From: Chiloscyllium plagiosum
Taxonomy: Eukaryota
NCBI RefSeq assembly: GCF_004010195.1
Contig: NC_057718.1
Location: 14,977,992-15,041,991, forward strand
Length of the DNA: 64,000 bases
Reading direction: 5' to 3'
Shown here: in pieces, positions 39,175 to 52,457 of the stretch
Layout of the letters: every line of letters starts with the position of its first letter
Position numbering within the stretch: position 1 is the first letter of the stretch
The notes under the pieces: generated by a model
What the model was told of the DNA's origin: nothing
Seen by the model: the letters and a program-made list of their open reading frames with translations, nothing else
Databases searched by the model: none
Made by a program: the position numbers and the translations under genes

Positions 39175-39416
39175 CTGGGAAGGAATGAACAAAACTGGTT
39201 GTCAACCACAATGAGAAAGTAGGCTTTGTGGCAGCTGTTCTGTCTAGACACATCTACTCCTCAATTCCATTTGAAGTGGTCACAATGATACATCTTCGCC
39301 GTTTTGACAGGTAAATAACGTACACAGAGTGCACAACACGCTACTGCCACTCATCGCTGTGTTTTTAAAAAAAAGCTGGACAGCAACTTTCAGGACAGGT
39401 GATAAATCAAAACCAA

Positions 39417-39441
39417 GCAATCTAATCTAATCTAATCTAAT
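39417..39441. repeat. (AATCT)n microsatellite resembling an orphan HE1/HER1 tail
   Basis: GCAATCTAATCTAATCTAATCTAAT with no SINE body. Confidence 0.8.
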
Positions 39442-40424
39442 ATGGCACACAGCAAAGGGTTTCTTTCAACACTCCATGATGAAGATTGGCCCGATCTGTT
39501 TTTGTTTCGATCAAGATGGAGGTCAGTGGCCTTAAAAGTAAATCATGTGAGGAAATATCCTTGTGCTTCAAAACTAACGAGTGCTAAATTGATGGATGAA
39601 CTCTGATAAATTGTCCAACTCAGTGTGCTGCTGCTTCCCTGTGTGGAAGGGTCAGAACTGGCAGTTCTGAAAATACTGTTTTGTTACTGTCTCTTGGTTT
39701 GTGGGCATCACTGCAAGGTCAGCATTTGTCACCCAACTCCAACAGCCCTTGAGAAGGTTGTGAGAAGCTACTTTCTTAAACCACTGCAGTCTATATGATG
39801 TATGGACACCATGGAGATGTTAGGAATATTTTAAGCTGACCACAGTAAAGGAACAACGATATAGTTCCAAACCAGCAAAGTGTGTGGCTTGAAGGGGAAA
39901 TTGGGCGTCGTATTCCTGTGAATTTGCAGGCCTTATCCTTCTTGGAGGGAGAGGTTACAAGTTAGGAAGGTGCTATCAAAAGAGGTTTGCTAAGCAGCTG
40001 CAGTGCATCTTGTAGATGGTACAAACTGCTGCCACTGTGCATTGCTGGTGGAGGGGGTTATTGCTGAAGGCAGTGGATGGCGTATCAGTCAAACCAACTG
40101 CTTTGGTCTGGACAATGTCAAACATCTTGAGCATTGTTGGCACTGCACCTATTCACGCTACCATCCCTAAATCCCTCACACCAATATATTGAGGATTGCC
40201 ATTGACCGGGAACTGAATTGCCCCAGTCATATAAATATGTTATCTTTCTAGCACCAATCAAACCTCATGTTGACTTGTTTGCTTACTCAGTCCGAAATGT
40301 AAAACTGAGTTTCACAGCATCACTACTCATCAATTCCCCTCCTGCTGTAAGCCTCTTAGATTTAATCTTGTGTCAATCAGCAGTTTTTTTTGACTTCTCA
40401 TTGACCGAAAATGACCCAAATATA

Positions 40425-40777
40425 TTACAATCCCTACAGTGCTGAAAGAGGCCATTCAGCCTATCAATTCTGCACCAACCTCCGAAGAGGATCCCACCCA
40501 GACCTAGACCCCTACCCATAGCCCACATTTTTTTTTTAAATCATGGCTAATCCCATCAAACATGCACATCCCTGAACGCTATGGGCAATTTAGCATGGCC
40601 ATTCCACCTAATCTGCATATTTTTGGACTGTGGGAGGGAACTGGAGCAACCAAAGGAAACCCACACAGATACAGGGAGAATGTGCAAACTCCACAGAGAG
40701 TCCCCGAGGCAGGAATCAGACACAGGTCCCTGGCGCCGTGAGGCAGTAGTGCTAACCACTGAGCCACTGTGCCACCC
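40425..40777 (-). mobile_element. HE1-type SINE
   Basis: Reverse-complement head GTGCTAACCACTGAGCCACTGTGCCACCC and V-domain. Confidence 0.9.
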
Positions 40778-41664
40778 ATTAACCCTGACCCATCCTCCCA
40801 TTACACAACTCATAAAGGTCCATTCCATTTGGAATACCTAATCTGATAGTGCAGTGAGTGGTAATTCTTTCAAAGATTTCAAAGAAAATGTGATTTTGAC
40901 ATGAAGGAACAGAAATAATAGGAAGACGGAAGAAAATAGGAGAGTTGGACTAACAGCGTCATCCTTTGAAACAGCTAACAGTGGCTTGATAGACAGAAAG
41001 GCCTGCTCCTGTGCCATGCAGGCCTATATTGTTCTGAAATCCATTTTGTTCTAACATAAAAAGGCCAAGGTTTCAAGACATGCTCTGGAATAATTGCCGA
41101 TGGGCTTGCATTCATAACTTATGTACCTTTGACAAGCTTTCAAAGAACATGCGTGACAAGCAGAAATTATAAGATTGTAAGAAATGCAGGAGGAGATCAT
41201 CTGACCCCTTGAACCTGCTCCAATATTCAACAAGATCTTGGCTCATTTGATTGCGGCCTTTATTCCGGTTTTTCTTGCCTGCCCCCGCCGTAACCCCGGA
41301 CTCCCTCAGTCACAAAATCTACCCAACTCAACTATAAATATATTCATAGTTCAGCCTTCACTGTTCTCTGGAGTAGGGAATTTCAAATACTAATGAACCT
41401 CAAAAATATTTCCTCATTATAGTCCTAAAAGGGAAACTGTAAAATCTGAAACTTTGTCAATTTTCTCTCATGGGCAAATATTCTCTCAGCATCCACTCTG
41501 ACAAGCTCCCTCAATATGTTTCAATAGGATCACCTCTCATTCTTCTAAACTGCAGTGACTACAAGCCCAAGCAGCTCCACCTTCCCTCATAAAACAATAC
41601 ATTTATGTCAGGAATCAACCCAACGAACCTGCTTTGAACTGCCTCCGATGTAAGTATACCAAAA

Positions 41665-41999
41665 TGGCATGGTGGCTCAGTGGTTAGCACTGCTGCCTCA
41701 CAGTGCCATGGACTCGGGTCCTATTCCACTCACGGGCAACTGTCTGTGCGGAGTCTGCACATTCTCCCTGAGTCTGCACGGGTTTCCTCAAGCGCTCTGG
41801 TTTCGTCACACAGTCCAAAGATGTGCATGGATTGGCCATGCTAAATCTCCAAGGGTGTGCAGGCTAGCTGGATTAGCCAGGGGAAATGCAGGGTTGCAGA
41901 GATAGGGCAGGGGAAAGAGTCTGGATGGGATGTTCTTTGAAGGGCAGATGTGGACTCAATGGGCCGAATGGCCTGCTTTCACACTGGAGGGATTCTGTA
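41665..41999 (+). mobile_element. HE1-type SINE abutting an old minus-strand CR1 fragment (~41165-41660)
   Basis: GGTGGCTCAGTGGTTAGCACTGCTGCCTCACAG head, V-domain, tail. Confidence 0.88.
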
Positions 42000-42399
42000 T
42001 TTACAAAACAACTATTTGAAAAATCTCCCCGTCTGTGAGACACTTAGAGATTTTCCTGACAAGATAGAGCACTATATAAATTCAAGATTATTATTTCTCT
42101 TTAATAGCTCTACAGCCATTTTGCACACTTGGCAATTATTTCCTATACATTTTGAAGCCCTGATGCTAGTATTCATTTGTATTTACAGAATTTGACTATT
42201 TTCTGTAGCTGGAGGCAACATACTGAATTAAACTTGATTAATCTACACTGATGGAAATGGAGAACATCATTAATAAATAAAATACTATTAAACTGTGGGA
42301 CAAAAACCAATTTCAGAGAATAGGTGCAGTTACATTGACACTAAAAGGATAATTAAGGCTCTGCTTACATCTCAACATCATTACAAACATGAGCTGTCA

Positions 42400-42830
42400 G
42401 ACATTACTCAGCAGGCAGCATCTTTGGAATCAGAAGGTTGCATGTTCAAGTCTCACTTCAGAAACCCAGGCACATTTAGGCTGATATTTTAATGCAGCAT
42501 TGAGGGAGTGCTGCACTGCTGGAGGTGAAATGTTAAACCAAGACTCCATCTGGCTCCCTCAGCCAGACGTTAAGGTACTGTGACAGTATTCAAATAGAAA
42601 CGGGGTTATTCACCCCAAAGTCCTAGCCAACATTTATCCCTCAATCAATACCACAAAGGCAGAATATCAGATTATATTTTCATTGCTCTTCATGGAACTT
42701 TAATTGAGTACAATCTAGTCACCATGTTTCCCCGCATTATAGCAGCAACTCTACTTTACAAGTGTTGATTGGCTGTGGCACACTTTGGGTTGACCCACAT
42801 TAATGAAAGAGTCCATATCACTTCAGCTTC
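42400..42830 (+). mobile_element. Deu-domain SINE (SacSINE1/AmnSINE-like), old
   Basis: TGAGGGAGTGCTGCACTG..GGAGGTG, GTCCTAGCCAACATTTATCCCTCAA and L2-like tail; further copies ~58960-59250 (+), ~59690-59840 (-), ~60640-61030 (-). Confidence 0.7.
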
Positions 42831-42904
42831 TATCCTTCTTTCTGTCATTCTTTTATCCAATTTTATGATTTGAAAGCCTTGAAGCAGGTGACATGCTCAG
42901 GCAT

Positions 42905-43540
42905 CATTTGGTATGCTTGCCTTTATTTGTCAGTGCATTGAGTATAGGAGTTGGGAGGTCATGGTTTGGCTGCACAGGACGTTGGTTAGGCAACTTTTAG
43001 AATACTGCGTACAATTCTGGTCGGACTTCTATAGGAAGCATCAGGTTAAATCTGAGAGGATGCAGAAAAGACTAAAAAAGATGTTGCAGGAACTGGAGTG
43101 TTTGAGCTACAGATAGACGCTGGAAAGGGGCTATGGCTTTTTTTTTCCCTGAAGCATCTGAGACTGAGGTGACCTTATAGAAGTTTATAAAATCATGAGG
43201 GGCATGGATAGGATGAATAGCCAACATCTTTATCCTAAGGTGGGGAGAGTCCACAACTTGAGGGCATAGGTTTAGGGTGAGAGGAGAAAGATTTAAAAAG
43301 GACCTCAGGGGTAGCTTTTCCACGCAGAGGGTGGTGCATGTATGGAACGAGCTGCCAGAGGAAGTGGTGGAGGCGGGTGCAATTACAACATCTGAATGGC
43401 ATCTGGATGGGTACATGAATAGGAAGAGTTCAGAGGGAGATGTGCTAAATGCTTTCAAATGGGACGAGGTCAGATTGCAATGTCTGGTTGGCGCAGACAA
43501 TTTGGACTGAAGGGTCTGTCTCCGAGCTCTATGACTTTAT
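42905..43540 (+). mobile_element. HER1/CR1 LINE 3' fragment
   Basis: TLVRQLLEYCVQFWS; RVVHVWNELPEEVVEAG. Confidence 0.92.
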
Positions 43541-43544
43541 GAGT

Positions 43545-43805
43545 GCAGTTACACACAGGTCTGACCAGCTTTTTGCGGCAGATTTCCTTCGTTAAAGGCC
43601 ATTGGTTAGCCAGTTTGAATTTATGACCATTGACGAAAGTTTCATGATCATCATTAATGAGATTATAACTCTCAGTTTTCAATTCTCATTTTTAAAAAGA
43701 AAATTTATTTCAAATTCCACCAGCTGTCACTGAGGGAGTTTTAACTGAGCGCCCTTGAGCATGAGTGCAGACCTCCAGCTGACCTGTCCAGTGACATTAC
43801 CACTC
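43545..43805 (-). mobile_element. Family-B tRNA SINE
   Basis: Reverse complement of GGAATTTGAA and AAGGAAATCTGCC motifs. Confidence 0.7.
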
Positions 43806-44188
43806 AATCAGCAACAATCTGGACATGAAATGTAATACCAATCTGCTCAGCTATAGTTATAGAAATAGAAATTAATTCATGTGTATCTAAATGCAATTAC
43901 TTCAAATCAGAGCCAGCTCTGAATGAGTACTTGCAAGGTACAAAATGAATCAAAACCACATTAAACAAAGAAAATTAGTGACCTGAGGGAAAAAGGGGAT
44001 TATAACAGTCAACCTTTCTTTCACAATTTCCAAACAGTTTACCCAGAATTAGCCCTGGGGCAAGTCATCTTGGCATGTTTGCAGATTTGGGGAATGAAGG
44101 TTTCTTCTAGCTTGTCAGCATTTCAGAAGGGAAGAGAAGATTAGTATGTGACTGGAGATGGGATAGAAGGGAATGGAAGCCATGTTTA

Positions 44189-44220
44189 AGGGGGTGGGGG
44201 GGGGGGGGGGGGGGGTGGGG
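44189..44220. repeat. Poly-G tract (G-quadruplex-prone)
   Basis: ~31 nt of G with two T interruptions. Confidence 0.85.
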
Positions 44221-45167
44221 AGAGGCAGACTAAATGGAAGAGGTCCAAGAAGGAGATGGATAAGATCGAATTCAAAGCACCTAAAAAATCAACATAGCTG
44301 CAACAGAAACAAAAAAAATCCTATAAGATGTCTTTTTTCACGGAGAGTTTGAACAAGCTTGTGAGAAACATGAACAGCTTGCTCTACCAAATTAACTTCT
44401 ATTATGAAAAGCAAAATGCTAGGCTACCAATTGCATTTTTAAACTGGCCTATCCAACTCAACAATGAGCAGATAAAAGAACTCCTTGTCTGTTGTTAATT
44501 AGTGACTGTCTTCCATCTCAGACCCCTGATTGATTACTGTTCATGTTCATTTATTGACATGTTTGATTTCAAGGCCCATAGCCTCGCCTTTCCCAATACT
44601 ATAACACCTTCCAGGCCCTCCCACCCTGTGACATTTCTGTGTTCCTTCATTTGTACAGATTCACGATCCTAAACTCTCAGTCCTATCAATCCTGAGCATT
44701 AGAATTCCCGCCTTCAGCAATTTGAATAATCTCAAGGTGTTTCTTAGAGATCCACCAAATCTTTTATCAAGTTTGTTCACCAGTCATAACTTCTCTGAAG
44801 GTGACTCGGTATCCAATTTTGGTGGATTACACGCATGTAAGCAGCCTGGGTTACTTCACCGTGTACTACATAAATGCCAGTTGTTGATGTTTACTCACTA
44901 ACAATTCAGCCTAGATTATGGTGCTCCAATTAGTTTCCACTCTTTCAAAGCGTTCCTTACAAAAATTTTAAATGCCATTTATGAACATCTTTTCATCTTT
45001 GAAATCCTAGCATCAAATGCAAATATTACAGTCAATATCACAAACTGTTCTCTTCCAGATTGCTAGGTAATTCTTAATTGTTATTTACCATTAAACCTGT
45101 ATGCCATTAAAACCTGATCTGCTCTACATCTCGCAGGCAATATGAAAATTAAAATCTCTCATTATAG

Positions 45168-46290
45168 CACCACAAAGCTGTATAGGATGGAAACAGATCC
45201 TTTGATCCAACTCAGCCATGCTGACCAAATATCCTAAATTAATCTAATCCCATTTGCCAGCATTTGGCCCATATCCCTCTAAACCCTTCCCATTAATATA
45301 CCCATCCAGATGCCTTTTAAATATTGTAATTATACCAGCTTCCACCACTACCTCGGTGGCTTGTTCCAGACACGGACCACGATCTGCATGAAAACGTTGT
45401 CCCTTAGGTCCCTTTTAAATCTTTCTCCTCTCATCTTAAACCTATGCCCTCTAGTTTTGGACTCCTCTATGATTGGGAAAAGACCTTGGCTATCTATCAT
45501 ACCCATGCCTCTCATGATTTTATAAACCTCTATAAGGTTGCCCCTCAGCCTAAGACAGTACAGGGAAAACAGTCCCAACCTATTCAGCTTCTCCTTATAG
45601 CTCAAACCCTCCAACCCTGGCAACATTCTTGTAAATCTTTTCTGAACCCTTTCATGTTCTGCAACATCCTTCCTATAGCAGGGAGACCAGAATTGCACAC
45701 GATATTCCAAAAGTGGCCTAAACCAATGTCCCGTACAGCCATAACATAACTTCCCAACCCCTACACTCAATGTTCTGACCAATAAAGGAAAGCATACCAA
45801 CACCTTTTTCACTTATTCTGTCTACCTGCAACTCCACTTTCAAGGAAATATGAACCTGCACTCCAAGGTCTCTTTGCTCAGCCACACTCCCCAGGACGTT
45901 AACATAAGTCCTGCTCTGATTTGCCTTTCCAAAATGCAGCAACTCACATTTATCTAAATTAAATTACATCTGCCATTCCTCAGTCCACTGGCCCATCTGA
46001 TCAAGGTCCCCTTGCACTGTGAAGTAGCCTTTGTTGTTATACACTCCACCTCCAATTTGGTGTCATCTGCAAACTTACTAACCAAACCCCCATGTTCACA
46101 TCCAAATCATTTATATAAATGACGAAAAGCAGTGGATCCAGCACTCCACTGGTCACAGGCCTCCAGTCTGAAAAACAACCCTACACCATCAACCTTGTCT
46201 TCTACCATTGAGCCAGTTCTGTATCAAAATGGCTAGTTCTCCCTGTATTCCATGTCCTTAACCTTGCAAACCAGTCTACCATGAGGAACC
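45168..46290 (-). mobile_element. HER1/CR1 LINE, ~1.1 kb 3' fragment including RT
   Basis: GTGTCATCTGCAAACTTACT (SKFADDT on minus); RFTRMLPGLEGLSYKEKLNRLGLFSL. Confidence 0.93.
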
Positions 46291-46299
46291 ACATTATAT

Positions 46300-46560
46300 T
46301 TGAGAATGGTTCCCCTGACATAAACCCCTGCTATATCATTGATGCTCATAGTCTATAGATAACTCTGGACCAGAGTCTTGCATCCATCGCTGTTCCTTCG
46401 TTCTATTCAGAATGTCCCTGCTACCTCAGCACGATCACCGAGAGATCCTGTATCTTTTATTGCTGTAATTGTGTCTTTTATCAATGCAGTTCCTTCCCCC
46501 TCAATTCTCAATTTCCCAGGCCCTTCTGAAGTTGCCTAGAACATTGAGCTCTCAGTCAGA
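46300..46560 (-). mobile_element. Ancient CR1 endonuclease-domain remnant
   Basis: Minus strand shows decayed GG..AL.IKD.ITA and V.YR motifs of CR1 APE. Confidence 0.45.
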
Positions 46561-47574
46561 TTCCACAACTCACTTGAATCACGCCCTTGCCACTCACAAA
46601 AGCCCTTCTCATTGCTTTTTGTATTTTAAATGCTCTGAAGCATCTCATGCTCCCTCCTCTAGCTTTCAAATTATCTCCATTTCAGCTGCTAAAATTGACA
46701 ATATTGAGAGACAGCATCGACAGCAGGTTAATTTGTAAGGGTGTCTGGTTTTCTTTCTCCAAAAAAACAAAGCCCAGACTTTTCGCTTTCATTTCTCTGC
46801 TTCTGAACTCTTGTGTGTTTGATCTTTTTGGTGAGGAACCTTCCTCCATTTCCCAATCACTGTGACTAATTTCCTTCAAATAGCAATGCCCTGGTACTCT
46901 CCCTATCCACTCCCCCCTCAGAGTAATCATTGCCCTCCTGATGAATATGTGAAAATAGTCTTTTCATTTAGTTCTTCAAAGCCATAGTTCCTTCCTGTCC
47001 TCAGGTTTTGAGATCAGTAACTACCATCATTTAGCCTTGTGCTCAATACGTCTTCATTTATCAACACTCTTGATCCCATCAGCTCCTTTGGCCTCAGGGA
47101 GAAGTCCAGATGATTGCTTCAATGCACTGCTTAATTAGTACTCAGATCCGTTTGCATTTCCTAACTAGAATCAGAGACATGGGTCGAACTAAATTCTTTA
47201 GGCAAGGAAGATCTCATACTTGTCACTGAAATAAATTAAAACGCTACAATGGTGATAGGGGACATGATAAGTAAAATAGGCCAACAGTTAAGAAATGAGC
47301 CAGAAAACAGTGGCTTCAGCATAATTAGGTTTTCAGAGCAAAAAGGTGCTCCTGAAATGCAGCATTGGACTGTGCAGAACAAGGATGGGTTGATCTCCCC
47401 ATTGGGAGGAGCTGCCAAGGTTGTGGAATAGGATCCAATATTCTGAGACTACCTTGGGTATTCCTTTAGGTCAGGGTTGAGATTAAAAAATGAATCACAA
47501 ATGGAAGATCATAGAAATGAAATCTATATACATGATCACAGTTAGTACCTCAAATGGGTAACTGACATCATGAG

Positions 47575-47911
47575 TGCTATGGACAAGACCCCCTCAAATT
47601 ATTTTGAGAAGATAGCCTAGACTCTAACCTTTGCTTATTTTAAAGGTAAGTGTGAGGTATTGTGTTCCAGATGCAATTCAGTCAGGCATACTACTTGATG
47701 TTAAGCAAAACGCAATGTATTGAAACACTATAGTTAAAATACAACAAATGAGAGATGGATTTGGAATACCGTGGCTCTACTGGAAAACTTAACAGAACAA
47801 TAGATGCAGTAACTATTATTAGTGAACTGTTCGAATACAGTAACAACTCAAAAACAGACTCTTGAAAAAAGGTAAATTCAGAAAGCAGATTGTCTCACAT
47901 GCAGTTCTCCA

Positions 47912-47952
<41 letters not shown>

Positions 47953-48751
47953 CAGGCTGCTTCAATTGTTCCAACTTTTAAAAAAATACCCAAAGCCTCA
48001 CAAGTTATTTACTTTACTGGCTTTCCAACTAGACAACTCCGTGACTACCTGATCAGGTCCATGCCCCTCATCAAACGACCCTCACATCCTGGCATCGTCC
48101 CCAGCCACAGCAGGAAGTGCAAAACCTGCACCACACCTCCTCCCTCACCTCCATCCGAGGCCCCAAAGGAGCCTTCCACATCCATCAAGATTTTACTTGC
48201 ACACCCACCAATATCATTTATTGTATCCGCTGCTCCTGGTGCGGTCTCCTCTATGTTGGGGAGACTGGACGCCTCCTCGCAGAGCACTTCAGGGAACATC
48301 TCCGGGACACCTGCACCAATCAACCCAACCGCCCCTGGCTCAACACTTCAGCTCCTCCTCCCACTCTGCCGAGAACACGTAGATCCTGGGCCTCCACCAT
48401 CGCTGCTCCCTCACCACCCAATGCCTGGAGGAAGAATGCCTCATCTTCCACCTCAGAACACTTCAACCCCAGGGCTTCAATGTGGACTTCACCAGTTTCC
48501 TCATTTCCTCTCCCCCCACTTTACCCCAGTTCCAGCCTTCCAGCTCTGCACTGTCCTCATGACCTGTCCTACCTGCCAATCTCCCTTCCCACCGATCCGC
48601 TCCATACTCCCTTTTCCAGCACCACCCTGATCTAAACTCTGGTTTCCAGCATCTGCAGTCCTCACTTTTGCCGAGCTCAGTATCTCTGTTGCAATACCTC
48701 TCTTTAAAAAAAAATGACAAAATAACCTCTTAAAGTCACTGCTTCACGAGA
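47575..48751. mobile_element. Possible solo LTR interrupted by a PLE; contains (TG)n(AG)n at ~47913-47952
   Basis: Degenerate termini TGCTATGGA...TTCACGAGA; LTR-like composition; weak TSD TGAG/TGTG. Confidence 0.4.
48030..48672 (+). mobile_element. Penelope-like element fragment containing the GIY-YIG motif
   Basis: FTCTPTNIIYCIRCSWCGLLYVGETGRLLAEHFREH; frameshifted; hammerhead region deleted. Confidence 0.9.
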
Positions 48752-50294
48752 TGTGCACTGCTTATCAGGATATATATGAGTGCTCCTTGGGGAGATAACA
48801 ATTTCTAAATCTTCAGTGGTAGGCTCTTGGAAGCTGAACAGCAATGTGTATGTATGTGTAAATGTAGCCCAAGGTCTCAGAAGGTCTCCCTTGTAACCCG
48901 GGTGAGGTGTAACCAGTTATGACGTACTAGAAATAAGCCTTCACTATTTATCAAGACCATGACTCCATCCTGCCAAACATTTCAAGTGGGCCCTCTTTTC
49001 CACTTAGTAAATTATACCAGTGCCAATAAGGAGGACTGATAGCAATGCACCTGCCCAACAAATCTCAGACAGTACCAATGGCTACAACCACAATAAACAG
49101 GACACCTGAGCGAATAAAAGACAGGAGGGAGTACTCATTCCTCAGTTATACAAGTCATAAGGGAGGGCGATGACGTTAGGATGCAAATCAGTTATAATCT
49201 CATGGAGTGACGGAATACATTCTCAGAGCTGAATGACCTAGCCTTGTTGTTTTCCACACCGGAACAGACATAAACACAAAGGAGAGATAGCTTCAAGATT
49301 AACTGCGATGTGACTCTTGCGACATTCCCCTCCACCCTAACTCATCAGAAATCCAAATGGCATTCAGTGGCAAGATGCCACATTTACACCGGATGAAGTG
49401 CCAGATGGTTGGCAACACTCTCAGAGTCATTTGCCAGCAGGAGATGAACATGTTCAGGAGAAACTATGATGAGAAACATAGGTTAGGTAATCACAGAGGT
49501 ATCACTGACCAACTGAGCTTCTCTGAGAAACCCTCCAGGGCCCTACTGTTCAAGATGCTCGGAAATAATCAGGCAGCAAATGTTTCTGATGATATCATTA
49601 GATGCCAAACATTCAGAGAATACTGAATGGGCTACCGAAGAATTATGTCAAGTATGTTTGCACACAATCGACAAACTCACATAGAGCATGGGTGATGTGT
49701 TGTAATTGAAGTCCTTTGGGATGTTAAGTGAGCAAATGTATGATTCAGAACGGCATTACTATAAATTTAAAGTATTTATAGTGCTTGCTTGACATCATAT
49801 TTCATCCCAAAATTGACTTTAGAGTTTATTTTCTCCACTTCTTTTTTCTCCAATTTTTCCTCCTTAGAACTCAACTTCACAGACAACAATATATTATGGA
49901 CTTATAGGACATCCTCAAACGAAGGAAAAAGGATACCATTGTGTATTGACCACTAGCAGGTCAGGAAATTGGACAGGATATAAAACAGCACAGAATGACT
50001 AAAAGGTTAATACGGAGGGAAAATTTAGTGTCCAAGAGAATGCTGGATTGAAACAACGAAGAACAGAAAATAAAACATTCCATAGGTATTTTCAAAAAGA
50101 AATGAGTTAACAAAGTATGCGTTGAGCTGATAGAAAGTGAGTCTGAGGAATGGAGAGAAGGAAATGGTAGGGAAGTTGAACGAGCATTTTGCACAACTCT
50201 TCACCATGCAGGATGTAAGTAATGTCCCGGATACAAATCAAGGAAATAAAGAAAATTACAATCACCAGGGAAATGGTATTGAAACAAATGGTAC

Positions 50295-50520
50295 GAGGGG
50301 TTGGTTAGCTCAGTTGGCTGGACAGTCGGTTTGCAAAGCAGAGTGATGCCAATAACACGGATTCAATTCCCGTATAGGCTGCAATCACAATGAAGGTCTC
50401 ACCTTCTTGAACTCACCTCTTACCTGATGCGTGGTGACCCTCAGGTTAAATGACCACCAGTGTCTATCTCAGACAGCAGACTTACGGTCATCTGGAAATA
50501 TGGTAGCATTACTTTTCCTT
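50295..50520 (+). mobile_element. tRNA-derived SINE, third family
   Basis: A-box TAGCTCAGTTGG, B-box GGATTCAATTCCC, distinct body; inserted in old CR1. Confidence 0.75.
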
Positions 50521-50569
50521 ACTGAACAAACTGTGGTAGATAGGGGCCCAAATGTCCCTGGGTATTGAT

Positions 50570-51465
50570 CAAGGGATCTTGATCTATTGGACCAATGGGT
50601 TGAGAAATGGCAGATGGAGTTTTGTTTAAATAAGTGTGAAGGTAATCACAGTGGTATCACTGACCAACCAAGCTTCTCTGAGAAACCCTCAAGGCCCCCT
50701 GGTAAAACAAGAGCATTTTGATAAAACAAACAAGGGCAGGACTTATACAGTTAATGGTTGGTCCTTGGGTAGCGTTGTTGAACAGGGAGACCTAAGGGTT
50801 CCTGTACATTGTGCTTTGAATGTAGCATCACAGGTGGACAGGGTGGTTAAGAAGGCATTTAGCACACCTGCCTTCATTGCTCAGACCAGTGGGTGGAGGA
50901 GTTGGCACATCATGTTGAGGTTGTACAGGATGTTTGGAGTACTGTGTACAGTTCTGGTCACCTGCTGTAGGAATGGTCCTATTAAATTGGAGAGGATTCA
51001 AAAATGATTTACCAGGATTTTGCCAGAACCAGAGGGTTTGAGTTATAAGGAGAGTCTAGATAAGTTTGGACTTTGTTCACTGGATTGTAGGAGGTTGACG
51101 GGTGACCTTATAGAGGTTTATAAAATCATGAAGGTTACAGATCAGATGAACAGCAAAGGTAATTTACCTAAGGTGGGGGAGTTCAAAATTATGGGGCATA
51201 TTTTTAAGGTGAGAGGCGAAAGATTTAAAAGGGACCTGAGGGACAACATTTCCACATAGAGAGTGGTTTGCATTTGGAATGACCTGCCAGAGGAAGTGGT
51301 AGATTCTGTTACAGTTACAACGTTTAAAATACTTTTAGACGGGACATGAATAGGAAAGGTTTAGAGGGACATGGGCCAAACGCAGGCAAGTGGGACTAGT
51401 TTAATTTGGGAAACTCAGTCGGCATAGCCAAGTTAGACCAAAGGGTCTGTTTCCACGCTGTATGT
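50570..51465 (+). mobile_element. HER1/CR1 LINE 3' fragment carrying a templated insertion
   Basis: RRLTGDLIEVYKIMK; 3' UTR AAGGGTCTGTTTCCACGCTGTATG. Confidence 0.92.
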
Positions 51466-51797
51466 CATAAAGTCACAGAGTCATTTGATAAGGCGCTACA
51501 TCAAAGGTTATTGCAGGGAAAAATGACATGGTGTAGGGGTAATATACAGTAGCGAACCCGTCCATGCCGACCAGATATCCCACCCCAATATAGTCCCACC
51601 TGCCAGCACCCGGCCCATATCCCTCCAAACCCTTCATATTCATATACCCAACCAAATGCCTCTTAAATGTTGCAATTGAACTAATAATTTTGTAAACCTC
51701 TACAAGGTCACCCCTCAGTCTCCGATGCTCCAGGGAAAACAGCCCTAGCCTGTTCAGCCTCTCCCTATAGCTCAAATCCTCCAACCCTGGCAACATT
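51466..51797 (-). mobile_element. Internally deleted HER1/CR1 3' fragment carrying a 73-bp templated insertion
   Basis: MLPGLEDLSYRERLNRLGLFSLEHRRLRGDL joined directly to SIATFKRHL. Confidence 0.88.
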
Positions 51798-52117
51798 GTG
51801 ACCCCAATACTCTATAAAACCTCCTAGATTTGGAAGATAGCATTTGCAAAAAGGAAGACACTTAGAATCCAGGAAACTATGGGCCATTCATCTTAATTTC
51901 TATTACGGGAAAGATTTTAGAAGATATTATTAATGACATTAAACTTAGGCAAAAAGTCAAGGAGATCAGGCAGTCAATATGGATTAGTGTTTAGCCGATT
52001 CATTAGTGTTCTTTAGAACCAGTGCATGTTTTGTATTTAGATTTCCAGAAGGCATTTGATAAGGCGCTACATCAAAGGTTATTGCAGGGAAAAATGACAT
52101 GGTGTAGGGGTAATATA

Positions 52118-52457
52118 CAGTAGCGCCTCGACATACGAACGACCCCGTTCACGAGCAAATCAGTTTACGAACAGGATTATACGTAAAATTTTGCTTCAAT
52201 GTACTTACGAAATTCAAGGTACGAACGAAGGTACGAACACAAAAAGCCCATGTGCGACCACATGGTTTCATTGTTCTGCTTTGCCACGCGCTTGTTGAAC
52301 GCAAAAGCTCTTGGGCCCCGCGTGATCTCATTCAGTTCGTCTTTGGCGCGTGCGCTGTGAACAGCCGTCCAAGCATTCTTACGCTATCCGAGCAATGGGA
52401 AAAATTGATTCAGTTCGCAAACTTTTCGGATTAAGTTCGTAAGTCGAGGCGCGACTG
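52118..52457. mobile_element. Tigger/pogo-like (Tc1/mariner superfamily) MITE, 340 bp
   Basis: TIRs CAGTAGCGCCTCGACATACGAAC / GTTCGTAAGTCGAGGCGCGACTG (21/23 match); TA at left, GA at right; interrupts an old CR1 RT (DFQKAFDK region). Confidence 0.9.

Noticed and set aside
47890..48635. 246-aa and 172-aa ORFs as host genes
   Set aside because: They read through a microsatellite and a frameshifted PLE GIY-YIG fragment
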